DNA of 64,000 bases, from contig JBHGNT010000008.1 in the NCBI GenBank assembly GCA_043228905.1, forward strand, positions 12,338,001-12,402,000. Reading direction: 5' to 3'. This document shows positions 49,738 through 62,408 of the stretch, one piece after another (the stretch's first letter is position 1; the number at the start of each line of letters is the position of its first letter). The stretch is from Azolla caroliniana (lineage: Eukaryota; Plantae; Polypodiophyta). The notes under the pieces were generated by a model. That model made no database searches, was not told where the DNA came from, and saw only the letters and a program-made list of their open reading frames with translations. The translations under genes were made by a program, and so were the position numbers.

Positions 49738-52700
49738 TGTGAAAAATTACATTTTTGGTTTCTCCGGATAGGATATGGAGTACCCAGTGAGAACCGGAAG
49801 GAATAACCGGTGAGGACCGAAACCGGTAAGGAGACCGGCAAGAGCCGAATGAAGAAGGCCGGTGAGAGTCGGTGAGAAATGGACGAAGAGGACCGGCATG
49901 GAGGATCCGGTAAGAACCGGATAAAGAAAACCGGCGAGAACCAGATGAAGCAGAACCGGCAAGAGCCAGATGAAGAAGGCTGGTGAGAGTCTCTCACCAG
50001 ATGAAGAGACATATTTGTAAATAGAAGAAAGTATAAAATTATATATTACATGCATAGGGCAAGATTCGAACCTTGCACCTCCATGTTAATAATGTTAAGC
50101 CTTATCATTATACTAGCGTATTATGAATTTTAAAGTTATACTAAACTTTATCCCACGTAAAATTTCTAGACATGCATGGTACAAAAAGTTATTCATGCAT
50201 AGACACTCGAGTTAAAAGAAAGGATGAGATAGCAAGCTAATCATGCACATGTAGTGTGCATGAAAATTAAAGATAGGAAAAGCATGATGCTTGCATGTGA
50301 TAAACTTAGACTCTTCCAACACTATATAAGGAAGAGAGAAAGATGTATAGAGGTTGTTGATTATTTTACAAGGGTTGATTAATATAAGATAATCGTGGGA
50401 TCCACGAATTTGCTAACTATTATTCTCTCTTAATTTGAGTACTCACTAATACACTATACTCGTGGGATTCACGAGTTTTTCATATCTTTCTTTCTCACAA
50501 TATATTTCACATTCTTAATTGCCTTAGAATTTTCTTTCCTCCTAGTCCAAAACCCCAATGGTTCCCACCCAATTCACGCAACGATCCGGAGCCGAAAGGC
50601 ACGACACAAGTGGTGAACCCGACGTGAACACGGGTGGCAAGGAGATGGAAAATCAACCGGAGGCTAACAACATGATGATGATGTTCGAGCGGATGCTTCA
50701 GGAATAACGTGCGATGTCGGAGATAGCAGCGGCAGTAGAGCGGCTCGTGCAACAGATCGGGCAATTCAACGGAAAGGACGTATCACGCTATCTTCGGGAC
50801 TACAAGGCGGAAATGCTACGGTGCGGGATTTCGGAAGGACTGCAAGTGGCATCCTTCAACCGGGTGGCTACCGACGGGCTTCAAGCAAGTATCCACGGGC
50901 TACGACAACAAAATCCGACGTGGGAAGCGTTTGAAGAGGCGCTAAAGACCACGTTCGCTATCGAGGACTCCTCCAAGGCAACGCGGAGAGGATTTGAGGA
51001 TTGGGTAGAAACGCCGGACAAGGGGATGAAGGTCCTCGATGTGTTCTCAGCATTCGAAAGTCGGTTCGGGAGGTTGTCTGCGAGAGGTCAAGCTATCCTT
51101 GCACCGGACAAAGTTATCATGTTCTTACGAGCCGTAGACGTTCGGGACCGGAAGGATCTTGGAGTGCTTCTAGAGGACACGACTACCGAGAGTGGCCTCA
51201 CCGAAACATGGGAAAGCGTGCGGGATATCGTCGCGCGATACACAAAGAGGGGGCAATGGCTTGCCAACGAAGAAAAGAGGGTTTTGGAACCGATTCCAAA
51301 ACCAAGATCCGGATCGGAAGACCATCAACCGCGGGCTCGGGAAGGTATGACTGAGAAGGGAATCGACGCAACTACGGTGGAGCAGGTGCTGAAGGAGATG
51401 GAGAATCTGAAAATCGCGATGGTGAAGAAGTTGGATGACCGTCCCACAAGTTCGAAGTATATGGACCGTCGATGCATATGGTGCGATAGCACCGAACATG
51501 ATCGGAGGGATTGCAACGAGCACAAGGAAGCGCTACGACAGGATCTTATCTACTACGAGGGAAATCGGATTCATTCGATGGACTCTCGGAAGCCGCTTCA
51601 ACCGAACTTCCGAAAAGGTGGCATGAAGAAGGTCCTGGAGGAGGAAATAGCGGCGAAGAGCAATTACGCGACAACCGCGGGAATACGTGTCTTTTTTGCC
51701 GGAAGTGCTAGAAAACACTGAGAAAACCGACTCTAACGAGATCCGAAGCACCGCGGAAGGCATCCGGGAAGTTACGGGATGGGAGTGACCCGTCGATAAG
51801 AATAGCGTGTTTGCTTTATGCCAATTGCATGAAGTGTATGTAGATGAGAAGCGACGGCAGACGGATGAGGCGGTCGGTCCATCGAAGACACCGGAAAGCT
51901 GGAACTCCTGAGGTAAGGGAAAAGAAAAGATGATTCCGGCATTCAAGCTCGCCTCGGACATCGAACAACAAATGGACTTGAAAAAGGTGTTCGAGGAGAG
52001 AATCCTCGATAGCCGGGTAGATTTTTCGCTTCGAGAATTACTCGGAATAGCGAAGAAGGAGTTCCACGATCTTCTTGTGGATCTCGTGAAGAGAAAAAGG
52101 CAAAGTACGGAGGAGAACGCTCCAAGGGTGAATGCAAATACCGTTCTAATGAATGACACTGAATTGGAGGACGAAATACCGAATTCTCACTACACAAAAG
52201 CCACACTGGGCATGCGCAACTACGGAGACTCCGGTCCGAATCGGTAACATCAAAGAACACGTGCTAGCATTGATTGATCACAGATCGGAGATCAACTTGA
52301 TGTCCAAGGAATTCTACCGGAAGGGTAAGTGGCCTATTAACACGAATCATGGGTGGAAGATCCGGGCAGCCACTAAAGCAATGGAAGAACTATTTGCAGC
52401 TTGTCCGGATGTGATGGTGAAGATCGGGGATGTGGAGATAGACCAAAATTTATTCTTGCAAGATGAGATCTCACACTCCGTGATCATCGGGTAACCCTTT
52501 ATCACGGCATCACGGATGGAGATGAAGGTGGTCGATAGTGGTGCGGCTTTTACGTGAATTCGGAGCCAAAACGGAGGGAAATCCGTCCAATTCCTAACGG
52601 TGCCGGCAAATCATGAAAGGAACAAGAGGGAGCTCTTGTCCCAAACGAAGATGGATTTTTAGATCGGACTGTTGCGGAGTGGGGAAGTGATAGTCCGAGA

Positions 52701-53612
52701 AGCCCTGATACCCCACACAGGAAGAAGACTCTCGGAGCAAAACAAGTACGAATCGGTCTGGATGGGGCATCCGCGTACACGACTGTAACCGGAGGAATGA
52801 AGAAAGAATACCGAAAAGTGGAGGATAAGTTACGGTTGGCATCAATAATAAAAGAAGACGAAGAAATCGTGGGAATAGTCGAAGAAGTGTTCTATGGGAG
52901 CACACTACAACGGCTTGAAGAGCTCACGGAAGATACAAGCCAGGGAAACCGGGTAATTCTGGTGGAGTCGGTTGAGATGTACGAGATCATTGTGAAAATG
53001 GGGCCAGATGCGCTCCACAAAGAAGAAACAATGGTAAGTACGAAATACAAGACCACGGAGAAGAAAGTGAAACCGGTCGCGGGACCGTTACCTGCAGATA
53101 GCAAACAAAAGAGGAAAGAAGTCTCAGGGGATTCGACACTTCGGAAATCCATGGATATTGGACATGCCTTCATGGATGAGACCCGAAAGAAACTTCGGAT
53201 CGGTGGAGGTGGGTTCCTATTAAAGAATGAAGAAGAACGATTCCGTGGGATGCTAGAGCGACATGGGAGAGCATTTGCATTTACATCGAAAGAAATAGGA
53301 TGCGCTGACCCGAAGATAGTGGAGCCGATGGTGATCTTCACGATTGACCATGTGCCGTGGAACCTGAAGCCGATTCCGGTGCCATGGGCGCATATTCCGA
53401 AAATCATCGACTTGCTCAAGGAGAAGGTGGCGATGGGGATTCTAGAGCCATCAAATGCTCCGTACTCAAATCAATGGTTTACGGTTCCGAAGAAGTATGG
53501 GTCACTCCGATTTATTCAAGATTTGCAACCGGTAAACAAGGTCACGATCCGGAACTCCGGAGTTGGTCCGATAGTGGACGAATTTGCGGAAGCATTTTCC
53601 GGTCGCGCGATC
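49738..53612 (+). mobile_element. Ty3/gypsy element F (lineage distinct from A/B), 3'-truncated in RT
   Basis: LTR-like TGTGAAA(49738)..TTTCACA(50511); gag 50714-51721 with CIWCDSTEHDRRDC; protease ALIDHRSEINLMS; RT start PYSNQWFTVPKK..RFIQDLQPVNKVTI..DEFAEAFSGR. Confidence 0.85.
50057..50120 (-). other. Degenerate tRNA-like / Pol III A-box and B-box sequence inside the gypsy F LTR
   Basis: Minus strand reads GCTAGTATAATGATAAGG...GAGGTGCAAGGTTCGAATCTTGCCC; B-box-like GGTTCGAAT within a GCAAG/CTTGC stem; no good acceptor or anticodon stem. Confidence 0.4.
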
Positions 53613-56244
53613 TGGCTTCTTTCCGAAGTATTTTTCGTGCAAAGTAACCTCATGCACCGAATGTTGTGCATCGGTTCATTAGGTAGACGGTCGTATTTGC
53701 AGCTTTGGCCCAATATGACTTGGGCATATGCTTCTCGTTCATCATGGCCCGCGCTACTTCGAGGATGTGCCGATTTTTGCGCTCGGCCACTTCGTTTTGT
53801 TGCGGAGTGTGTCGGCAAGTGAATTCTCGCCGAATTCCTTCCTTTCAAAGATACGCCGCGAAATCATCCGAGAAGTACTCCTTGCCGCCATCCAATCGAA
53901 GACAACGTACATGTTGGCCCGTGGCTTTCTCGATTTCATTCTTGAATGTTTGGAAGTGTCTGAACAGTTCGCTCTTTTGCCTCATCGGGTAGATCCAAGT
54001 GTGCCTGGAGAAGTTGTCGATGAAGAGCACGTAATATTGGCATCCGCCGAATGTAGCCGTCTGCGCCGGTCCCCATACGCCGGAATGGACTACGTCGAGT
54101 AGACCTTTGCTCATGTTCTGCTCTTTCGGGAATGGGTGTCGGTGTTGCTTGCCGAATTGGCACGCTTCGCATACACCTTCAATCTCCTTCTCTTTGAATG
54201 TCGGGAGTCCGATGACGACTCCTTTCGATTTCATTGCTTTGAGTTTGTTGAGATTTTTGTGGCCGATTCGCTTGTGCCACAACTCTATGTCGGAGTCGGC
54301 TTTCATGCCCTTTGCGAACATGGCCGATTTCATCTCGTGTGAGTCGAGAATGAACATTCGGCCCTCTCTTCGTCCGCGTGTGATGAGTCGGCCCTCTTTT
54401 TCGATGAAGCAACCGCCTTGATTAAATCGAACTTGCATCCCTTGCTCTACAATTTGGCCGACGGAGACCAAATTCTTCGTAATGGTCGGTACATGCAAGA
54501 CATTTTTAATGTAATTTTGCTTACCTTCTTTTCCGAACGGAACATTGCCGATGTGCCGATTTGGGTGCGTAGTATCGTCTCTGGTTTCAACATAGCCGGG
54601 TTGGTCCAGCTCTCGAAGTTCTCGGAACCATTCTTGATGCGATGTCATATGGTTCGAGGCACCGGAATCGACGAACCATACGTCTTCCGGACTGGAGGCA
54701 CTAGTTGAGGTAGAGGCCGACATAGAGTTTGCTCTATGTTTCATCATGAACATTCCGCCACGGTCGGAGTTGTGTGCCCGTACATTCCGCTATACTCTTC
54801 GTAGTCGGAATTGTGCACGTAATTCGTGAGTTGTCGGCTTGTGGAAGCCGTTTCGCGCATCTTCTTTCGGCACTCTTCTTCATGGTGGCCGAGCTTTCCA
54901 CGATATCCGCATTCGGTTGCATTTTGACGGCTCGGGCAGGAGTGGAAGCTCCCCCTTCTTGCGAAGGTTCCTCATTGGCTTCTGTTTTGCGGCCGAAATT
55001 GGGAGTTGTTGTCGTAGGTCGGACCTCGTCCGCCTTGTCCTTGGCCGAATCGGCCTCTCGTTCGTCCGCGTCCTCTTCCTCCGTTCGAGTGCGTGTAGAG
55101 CATGTGGCCTTCCGACTCATTGCTCCTTGTACACATGTGGTTTTCTTCGACCAATAGCATTGATTGGAGCTCGAAGGAGGGAGATTTCTCCCTTGCTAGA
55201 ACGGCGGTTCGCATCGTGCCGAACCGTGGTGCGAGGCCACCGAGGCATATTTGCACCATCTCATCATCATCTATACTTACGCTTATCGAGCCGAGCGAGT
55301 CGCAAAGCTCCTTGATCTTCAAGGTGTATGTCGTGATGGACATGTACCTTTGTTGAATGTTGTTCAACTCTTTGCGGAGTTGAAGCCTTCTTGCGGTTGT
55401 GTTCGCCGCGAAAATCTTTCGTAGATTTTCCCATGCCTCCTTCGGCGTCTTGGCTTCACGAATGTAGCCGAGCATGTGATCGTGAACACATGTCGCCGAG
55501 CAATACATCACGCGGCTTGCGGCTTGCTCCCATGTCGCGTATCCGGGAGCCGCTTCGACGGGTCGGTCTTCGTGCTCTCCTTTGACGTAGCTCCAATAGC
55601 CTTGTCCGACAAGGTATTGGTGCATCTTGTACTCCCAAGATGCGAAGTTGTTTCGATCCAACTTCTCGGTAGGGAGAGCGCTCCCCATTTGAGTATTCAT
55701 TATGTCGATTCGTCTTCTTCTTCTTCTCTCTTCAAATGTGAGCTATGTAGCGAAGCTACGATAGCGATTAGCCGGTTCTTGGTCGTCGGTGTAGAGCACA
55801 ACACACGATCACGATGAGGCAAATGGGCTAGACCGAGCTACCAAATCGCTCTGATACTGTGTAAAGAATTGGATATGATTCTTGTGAAGCGGAAGAGATG
55901 TGAGTTATGTGTGTATGAGAGAGAGAGAGAGTGAAAGAGACAAGGCGTAAGACACAGAGAATACGCAACGTAAAAATACTAACAAAGGAGAAAGACTTGA
56001 TTGAATACAAGGTGGGATAAGGGTGCTTTATATAGTCACCCTCTCTCTTCATTAACCACAAGACTCATGGAGCATGGGGAATGTGAAAGCTCATAAGTTA
56101 TGTGTCATAGAATATGATTCTATGACTCATACTAAATGCTAGAATACAAAAAGGTGACATAATGGCGACTCTTGACCGTTGGAGTGTCTATTCACTCTCA
56201 AGGTGAGTTCACACACTAGACCAAGTTGAGCTTAATTCGCAACA
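53610..56244 (-). mobile_element. Ty1/copia element G 5' half (LTR, PBS, gag, protease, integrase)
   Basis: LTR 55860-56244; mutated PBS 55848-55859; gag 54972-55700; WFVDSGASNHMT and integrase in ORF 53845-54753; truncated at GKKPD. Confidence 0.92.
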
Positions 56245-57783
56245 AGTCCTATGGAGGACTTGTATAAAAGGTGCTTAGTGAGCACATCATTATGTACAGA
56301 ATCTTATTATTTTGAATATAGTTTTTGTTGTATACTCAACTTGGTCTCTCTCTCTCTCACACACACACATTCTCTCTATGTATACCTAACTATCTCGCGG
56401 TGTTCGATTGAGCCAGCTGTGCTTGTCATTCAAGAGCTTCCACATCTAACCTTTTACACTAGTCATGAGATGGCTTGTTTGTAGTTCTCCCTAATCTTGT
56501 GATAAGTATGTGTGGGTTAATTCCAAAAGGAACGAGAAATGAATTTCAATTCTACAATGTAAGATCACTATTAATTGTGTTATCACTTGACCGTGTTATA
56601 TGAAGTACCAAAGTGTGTGAATACACCAAGGCCTAAGGTGTCTGCCAATATAAGAAGGCTAGCCACCTTCTTATCAAGGGGAGTCTTGACTTATGTTGAG
56701 ACTATATTAGTGTGGCTATGGCTCTTGTTAGCTAAGAGCATGCAATTCCTTGCGGAGCCTAAGGTATGATTCAAATCAACAATCAATGGTATGGGACATG
56801 AGGAGGTTTGGGTCCGTCTCACATTGTTGCAAGGGGGTGGCATCCCTCTTTCCTGTTTTTGGTCTATAATTCCTCATGTTTTGATAAAATAGTTGATTAA
56901 AACTTAGAGCACAAAGAGGATCAAGAAGAGGATGATAAAATAATTCCTTGAGTTTGAAAGAATCATACGCTCTTCCCTTAAGTTGTTGAGCAACAACTGT
57001 TATCACATTGATAAGTGGTAGTTCGTATAACTAATGCAACCCAAATTGTTTTGACACTTTTGAGGTGTTGTAAGATAAAACTCTTTGAATACCTTTTTGC
57101 AAGAACCTATTCTTAAAAACAGGTACAATTTTATAAAATAGAAAACGATAGCCTTACAAATTGATGTCATAGTTGATCGACAAATTTGAGGAATTGTATG
57201 TGTGAAGGACCAACAATCTCCCCAAAGAAGTAACCTAACAACGCGTTCTTAGAATCTCACAACAATAACTTATTCTGTAGTTAGGTTTCATGATATGATA
57301 AGAAGAGTGAGAAACAAAAAGGATTCAAGACCCAACGATGTTGCTTATGTAGATTTCTTGATAGAGAAATTCGTGGTTCGATACAATGTAGTAGTTTTTG
57401 GTGTCCCAACTAAAAGCTACCTCTAACTCATATGTTCTTCTAGAGAATGACCTCTAGGTTGGTGTGCGAGGGAGTACCATTGTCTACCCTTCAGTTGGTG
57501 AGACGGGTGAGAGTGAGCATTAATCACTCTTGAGCTACTTTTGTGTAGAGTAACTACTGGAACAAACTCTAATCTCACTCTATGACATTATCACATATAT
57601 AGGAAAAGAAATTATATCATAAACATGATATTTTACCATGTTTCCACACACTCCATAGAAGAGTGAAGACACAGTAAACCATGATCATGGTCTAGCTTCC
57701 ATTAGTCCGCTTAACTCAATGAACAAGTTATGAAAATTACAATGATACGGATTATAACTCATAATTTAAGAAATTATTGAGAG

Positions 57784-57970
57784 GGGGGGGGGGGGGGGAG
57801 GGGGGGGCTTAAGCAAACAACTTTTAAGGAAAACAAACAAATTGTACAAATCACCTTTATAGTGCCTCTCACACTTGGAAGGGTATAAAGCTTTGCATAT
57901 ATTACCTTTATACCCATAACATCTCTCTCTCTCTCTCTCTCAATACACACACACACACACACACACACAC
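57784..57970. repeat. Poly-G tract plus (CT)n(CA)n microsatellite
   Basis: Directly visible. Confidence 0.85.
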
Positions 57971-58189
57971 AACCTTAAACTTACAAGGTATCTTCATTGT
58001 ATCCCGTAGGCCATAACCTCGGAGGTAAGATGTCCAATAGATATTTAGCATCCCCCAATCTACTGTGTGCACACTTCCGGGTGGGTCTAGGGAGGTGACA
58101 CTAGGGGGTGCATTAACGAGGGCTAATCATGTTCAATGTGAGACATAATGGAGGATGCTTAAAAGAGGGGTGGAAAAGTAGGCTTTCGT

Positions 58190-58260
58190 GTGGATGAAAC
58201 TACTTGTTACAGTTGGGGAGTGGATGAGACTACTTGTTACAATTAGGGAGTGGATGAAGT
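58190..58260 (+). repeat. 30-bp tandem repeat, about 2.3 copies (GTGGATGAAACTACTTGTTACAGTTGGGGA)
   Basis: Directly visible. Confidence 0.75.
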
Positions 58261-58444
58261 GGAGGTAGTGTAGATAAAGTGAGAATTTTGGAAGCATTTC
58301 CATCACTAAGAGGAATAAGTGTGTCACCAATGAGCCATGAGAACATCATTGAGCATGAGTGCAATGCGGGTGGTACCCATATGACTGTATTGTACATGAT
58401 GGAGGTGTGACTTCATCTAGAGATGGTAGAAGGGTGATAAAATA

Positions 58445-58475
<31 letters not shown>

Positions 58476-59109
58476 GATATTGTTGTATTTTTAGTTGTGA
58501 GCTACGGGGTTGGTGTGGTTTGATGTCATCATTTTTATGTGTGTAGCCCTTGATGTAATTTATTTTGGTAGATGGTGTGTGCCACTTTTGCCAGTTGAAC
58601 TCTTGCGGGCTTTGGCCATGGGTGAATTGGATTGTTTACAACTTAGCCGACACTCTCTTGTATGCGAGGTAAAGAAGACTAATTTATATGCTATCTTTAT
58701 GAAAGGAATTCAAGTGAGGGCTAGATGATAAAGATATTGCCAATGTGAATACATGTGGATGGATGAAAACGATTAGAATCCTGTGTTTGAAATCGAACAC
58801 TAAAATCTTCTTAGGTTTCTTACTTTACATATTTCCATTTTTGTTTAGCAATTGAGCTTATGAATCCCTAAGCATAATTTTCTAACAAGACATACATCAA
58901 CCTTGGAACACTCATTCAGAGAGCAAAGGATAAGAGTGCAAAATAGTAGACTTATGTAAACAAGCAAGAAACCAATAGAGTACAGTTTGTAATTAATAAA
59001 TTACAATGTACAATGCAAAGAAAAGCAGCTCCAAGACACTCTAATATGTAGGGAGACAAAAAAGAAAAAAGGGAGAGTTTGCGTGGGGGGTTTTTGGTGA
59101 ACGTAATCT

Positions 59110-62100
59110 CTACTTCTTATCTTCGAAGTTGTAGACACACGTGCCATCGTCGCTCCTCGCAGTTGGGTCGAAGTTGTCAGCAACAGGGTCGGTGCAGCCT
59201 TCTGGTACCGGCAGGTTCACATGCTGAGCAGCTTTACCTGGAGGTAGAAGAAGAGCATCACCCATGGCAAAATTAGTTGGCTGCATTACCTGACATTTCC
59301 ATCACACACCCACACCCACACCCACACCCACACAAAAAAACAATGTCATGGTGAGACTTGTACACCTCCAACTTCCACACTTTGGGTTCTTATGTATGCA
59401 ATGCAGCATCACAATCTAAATTTGTGGAATGACCTTCTTATCTAGTGCTAAGGTCAAAATAGGAGTGGGAGTGGGAGTGCATGTGTAATTAATAATTGAA
59501 TCCTAGGAATCAAGTATGTACATCTTTAGTAGAGGGTGCTACTAGTTGGTACCATAGAAGGTGCCCTGCTTGATGGCATCGTCATTCGCCTCTCCAAGAG
59601 CAGCCTCGTTCAGGTACTTCTCGGCTAATTGCACCCTCTTCACATTCTCTTGCTCTTGTACCAACATATTGCCGTATTCGAGTAGCTTCTCGAGAGTCAT
59701 GAGGGGTTTCTCGAATGTGGGGGGACCTTCCTTAGAGTTGACAAGGAACTTGCCCATGGTCTCCACTCCAACCTGACCAACCCACTTCCTCACTTCATCA
59801 TCGTATACTCGGGCCCTCAAAGCACCGAAGAAATCTGCGAAACAAGAATGGGTGTCAAATATAATACAAGTAGTAAACCCTTTGTGGAGGCAATGGCATG
59901 CAAATGCTAATAATGGGTCTATTTGCTACTCAATCCAAACTAAGGCTCCATGTGTGCATGTGCACATTTGCAAGTACTAGAAAGTAATGGGTAGACAGAC
60001 ACAAACAAGTTGTTTGTACACCATAGCAATCTAGCAAATGTGCATGGGCAAAGGCCTGAACAAAAGCTTATGGGCCTTCCTCAATTATTGCTATCATCTG
60101 GGAATGAAGGCTGTGTGTGTGTGCATGAAACTAACATATGGTTTACATACCAATGGATTGCCCTGGGAATGCATCGACGAGCTTGGCTACATCAGGTTTC
60201 AAAACATTGTCGGCCCTGAAGATACCCGTGCACACACCAATTCGGTCCTCCCTTGTGGGGGCCCAATAGAACTTCTCCATACGACCATCACGAATCAATG
60301 GGGCATATAGAGTGGAGAAATCATTTCCGGTCACGATGATGGGAACCCGGGGAATCTCCTCCTTGTTGTACACACCCGGAAGCTGAACATTGGTGGGGTT
60401 ATCAGCAATGTTCATGAGGGTAGCATTCACCATTTGGTTGTTGACAGTGTATTGTGTAGTGCCACCCATACGACCTGCTCCCGCATCGAGATCGTTAATG
60501 AAGAGCGCGCACATCTTCCCCTTCTTCCTAATGATGTCTGCGGCTTCACGGTATCTTTGCCTGATGAGCTTGGCTGGCTCACCTGCATTTCCACTCTCCA
60601 GCTCTCCGGCACTCATCATGATAGGGCTATACAATAAGGCCAAACAAAATAAATCAATCAAAACTTGGTTATATGACAAGCCTCTCCCTTCCTCCTATTA
60701 TATACCTAGGGATGCTCTTGCCACTGGCATGCCAATGGGGAACAGTTCCCTTCTTATATCACAAGTATGTACAAGTTCAAATCCCATAAAAACAAATCTC
60801 ATTTAGATATAGCGCAAAAAGTCTTAGACAGCCTACTTCTCCTCATGTTTCGCTAGAGAGCTCAACATTATAAGACTATGTACTATGGAGGTCAGGGAAA
60901 TTGTGGGAAGGATCTTACTTGATCCCAAGCTTTGAAAAGACGAGCTCGCACTGGAAGGACTTTCCTTGTCCTTTGCCACCCCAGATACCAAGAATCAATG
61001 GAACCTGCATTAATCACCACAAAATCTGTTAATATGTGAGGAGATGATTGTGTGTATAAATCGAAAAGGTTGTAGGTCCTAGTTATGCCGGTCACCTTGA
61101 TGTTGGGTAAGTCCATGAAGTTCTTTGCAATGTGTACAACAAGCTTGTCCATGAAAGCGGGGGCAATATAATATCCATCCTTCATGTTATCCATGTTCAG
61201 GCTACGGGGTAGAGAAAAAAAAGAAAGAAAGTCAGGGAGAGATGATCATTCATTATAGACGCAATAAGGCAGGAAAGAATCTGATACAAAGGAAAGCATG
61301 ATAGACAATCTGAAAGGCACACATACCACAAAAATTGGTCTCATATGGATTTGTGTAAGGGAGATCAATAATGAGAGAGGCATACATCCGTCAGACTAGT
61401 GGAAATAGGCAAAACATACAAACTTTTTTTGACATACATCTATGAAAAAGCATATTATGTACAGCACAAATTTGCTGAACTGAGTGAGATGAGTGCTTCT
61501 TCCAAACTAGATGCAATCCCAAATACCGTGTGGACTAATGATTAAGCAAACAACAGTAATTCGTTAACACACATCAGTGGATTCAATTCATCACAGGCGA
61601 TGCATTATATAATTTACCAAGATACCAGTTTTTGTGTGATTGTTTAATGGAAGTTGGAAATTCAATGAAATGATTCAAGGTTGGGGGGGGGGGGGGGGGG
61701 ACTCACAATCTTTGGCCTTGGCTAATGTAGTCATAGGAGCTCATGACGGCATGCTGGGTGCCCAGACCCACAGCCCCTTGAAAGAGAGAGTCCACCATGC
61801 CCTTCCCCCGTGTGATGTCCTGCTGGTCATCGGAGATGTCATACCCTAGACCCGCCCATTTGTCCACCTTTTTCTTCGGTTCCTCGTCTGCTGCGGCCCG
61901 GACGCAAAGGGGCTTTGAGACTGATGATGTTCCATGGCCGCTGCTCCTCTTCAAAGAAGAACCTAAGAATGCTGAGTTCTTGTGAACGGGCAGAGAAGAT
62001 GGGGTCCCGTTGGAGCTGAGCGGGAGAGTACTCTGAAAATGAGAAATTATGCGCAGTCCATCAGTCTGAAATGCATGCATTTTTGTATGACTACTTATTA

Positions 62101-62408
62101 AGTGTTAGCTGGAGGTAAAACCCAAACTAAAATCTTTGAAATGGGTGATTGCTAAGCAAAGGTTAGATTTTGGTGTCAACGATGGATCGTTGTGAATGAT
62201 AGATGCATATGAAGTAGAATGAATTGGATTGCGTGCATATATCTTATCTTATCTTATCTTATCGATCTATGAACTATGAACTATGAACTATGAACTATGA
62301 ACGTAGAGTAGAGACGAGATGAGATGAGATTTTTGATTTGTGTGGGCGTGACTGCCTGTCTACCTGGACGGATCCCACAGCAGCAGAGGAAGCAACAGAG
62401 GACGCCAT
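59110..62408 (-). CDS. RCA: Rubisco activase, chloroplast precursor; alpha form 482 aa. Exons: 62408-62364, 62032-61707, 61201-61096, 61004-60919, 60626-60151, 59834-59553, 59237-59110
   Basis: Ser/Ala-rich transit peptide [15 protein letters not shown]..; [20 protein letters not shown]; Walker A GGKGQGKS; [12 protein letters not shown]; [19 protein letters not shown]; C-terminal [15 protein letters not shown]. All introns GT..AG with matching phases. Confidence 0.97.
59542..62408 (-). CDS. RCA: Predicted Rubisco activase short (beta) isoform, 443 aa, ending ..GTFYGTN* by reading into the last intron
   Basis: In-frame TAG at 59542-59544, just past the exon 6 donor. Confidence 0.55.
62240..62302 (-). 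repeat. (GATAA)4 and (TTCATAG)5 short tandem arrays in RCA intron 1
   Basis: Directly visible on the plus strand as (TATCT)n and (CTATGAA)n. Confidence 0.8.

Noticed and set aside
50057-50120. Functional tRNA gene
   Set aside because: No convincing acceptor or anticodon stem; kept only as a tRNA-like promoter remnant.
32733-56244. One giant nested copia bounded by LTRs 32733-33152 and 55860-56244
   Set aside because: The termini are related but the LTR interiors are clearly diverged and the flanks differ (TAGGG versus AGTCC), so they are treated as separate copies.
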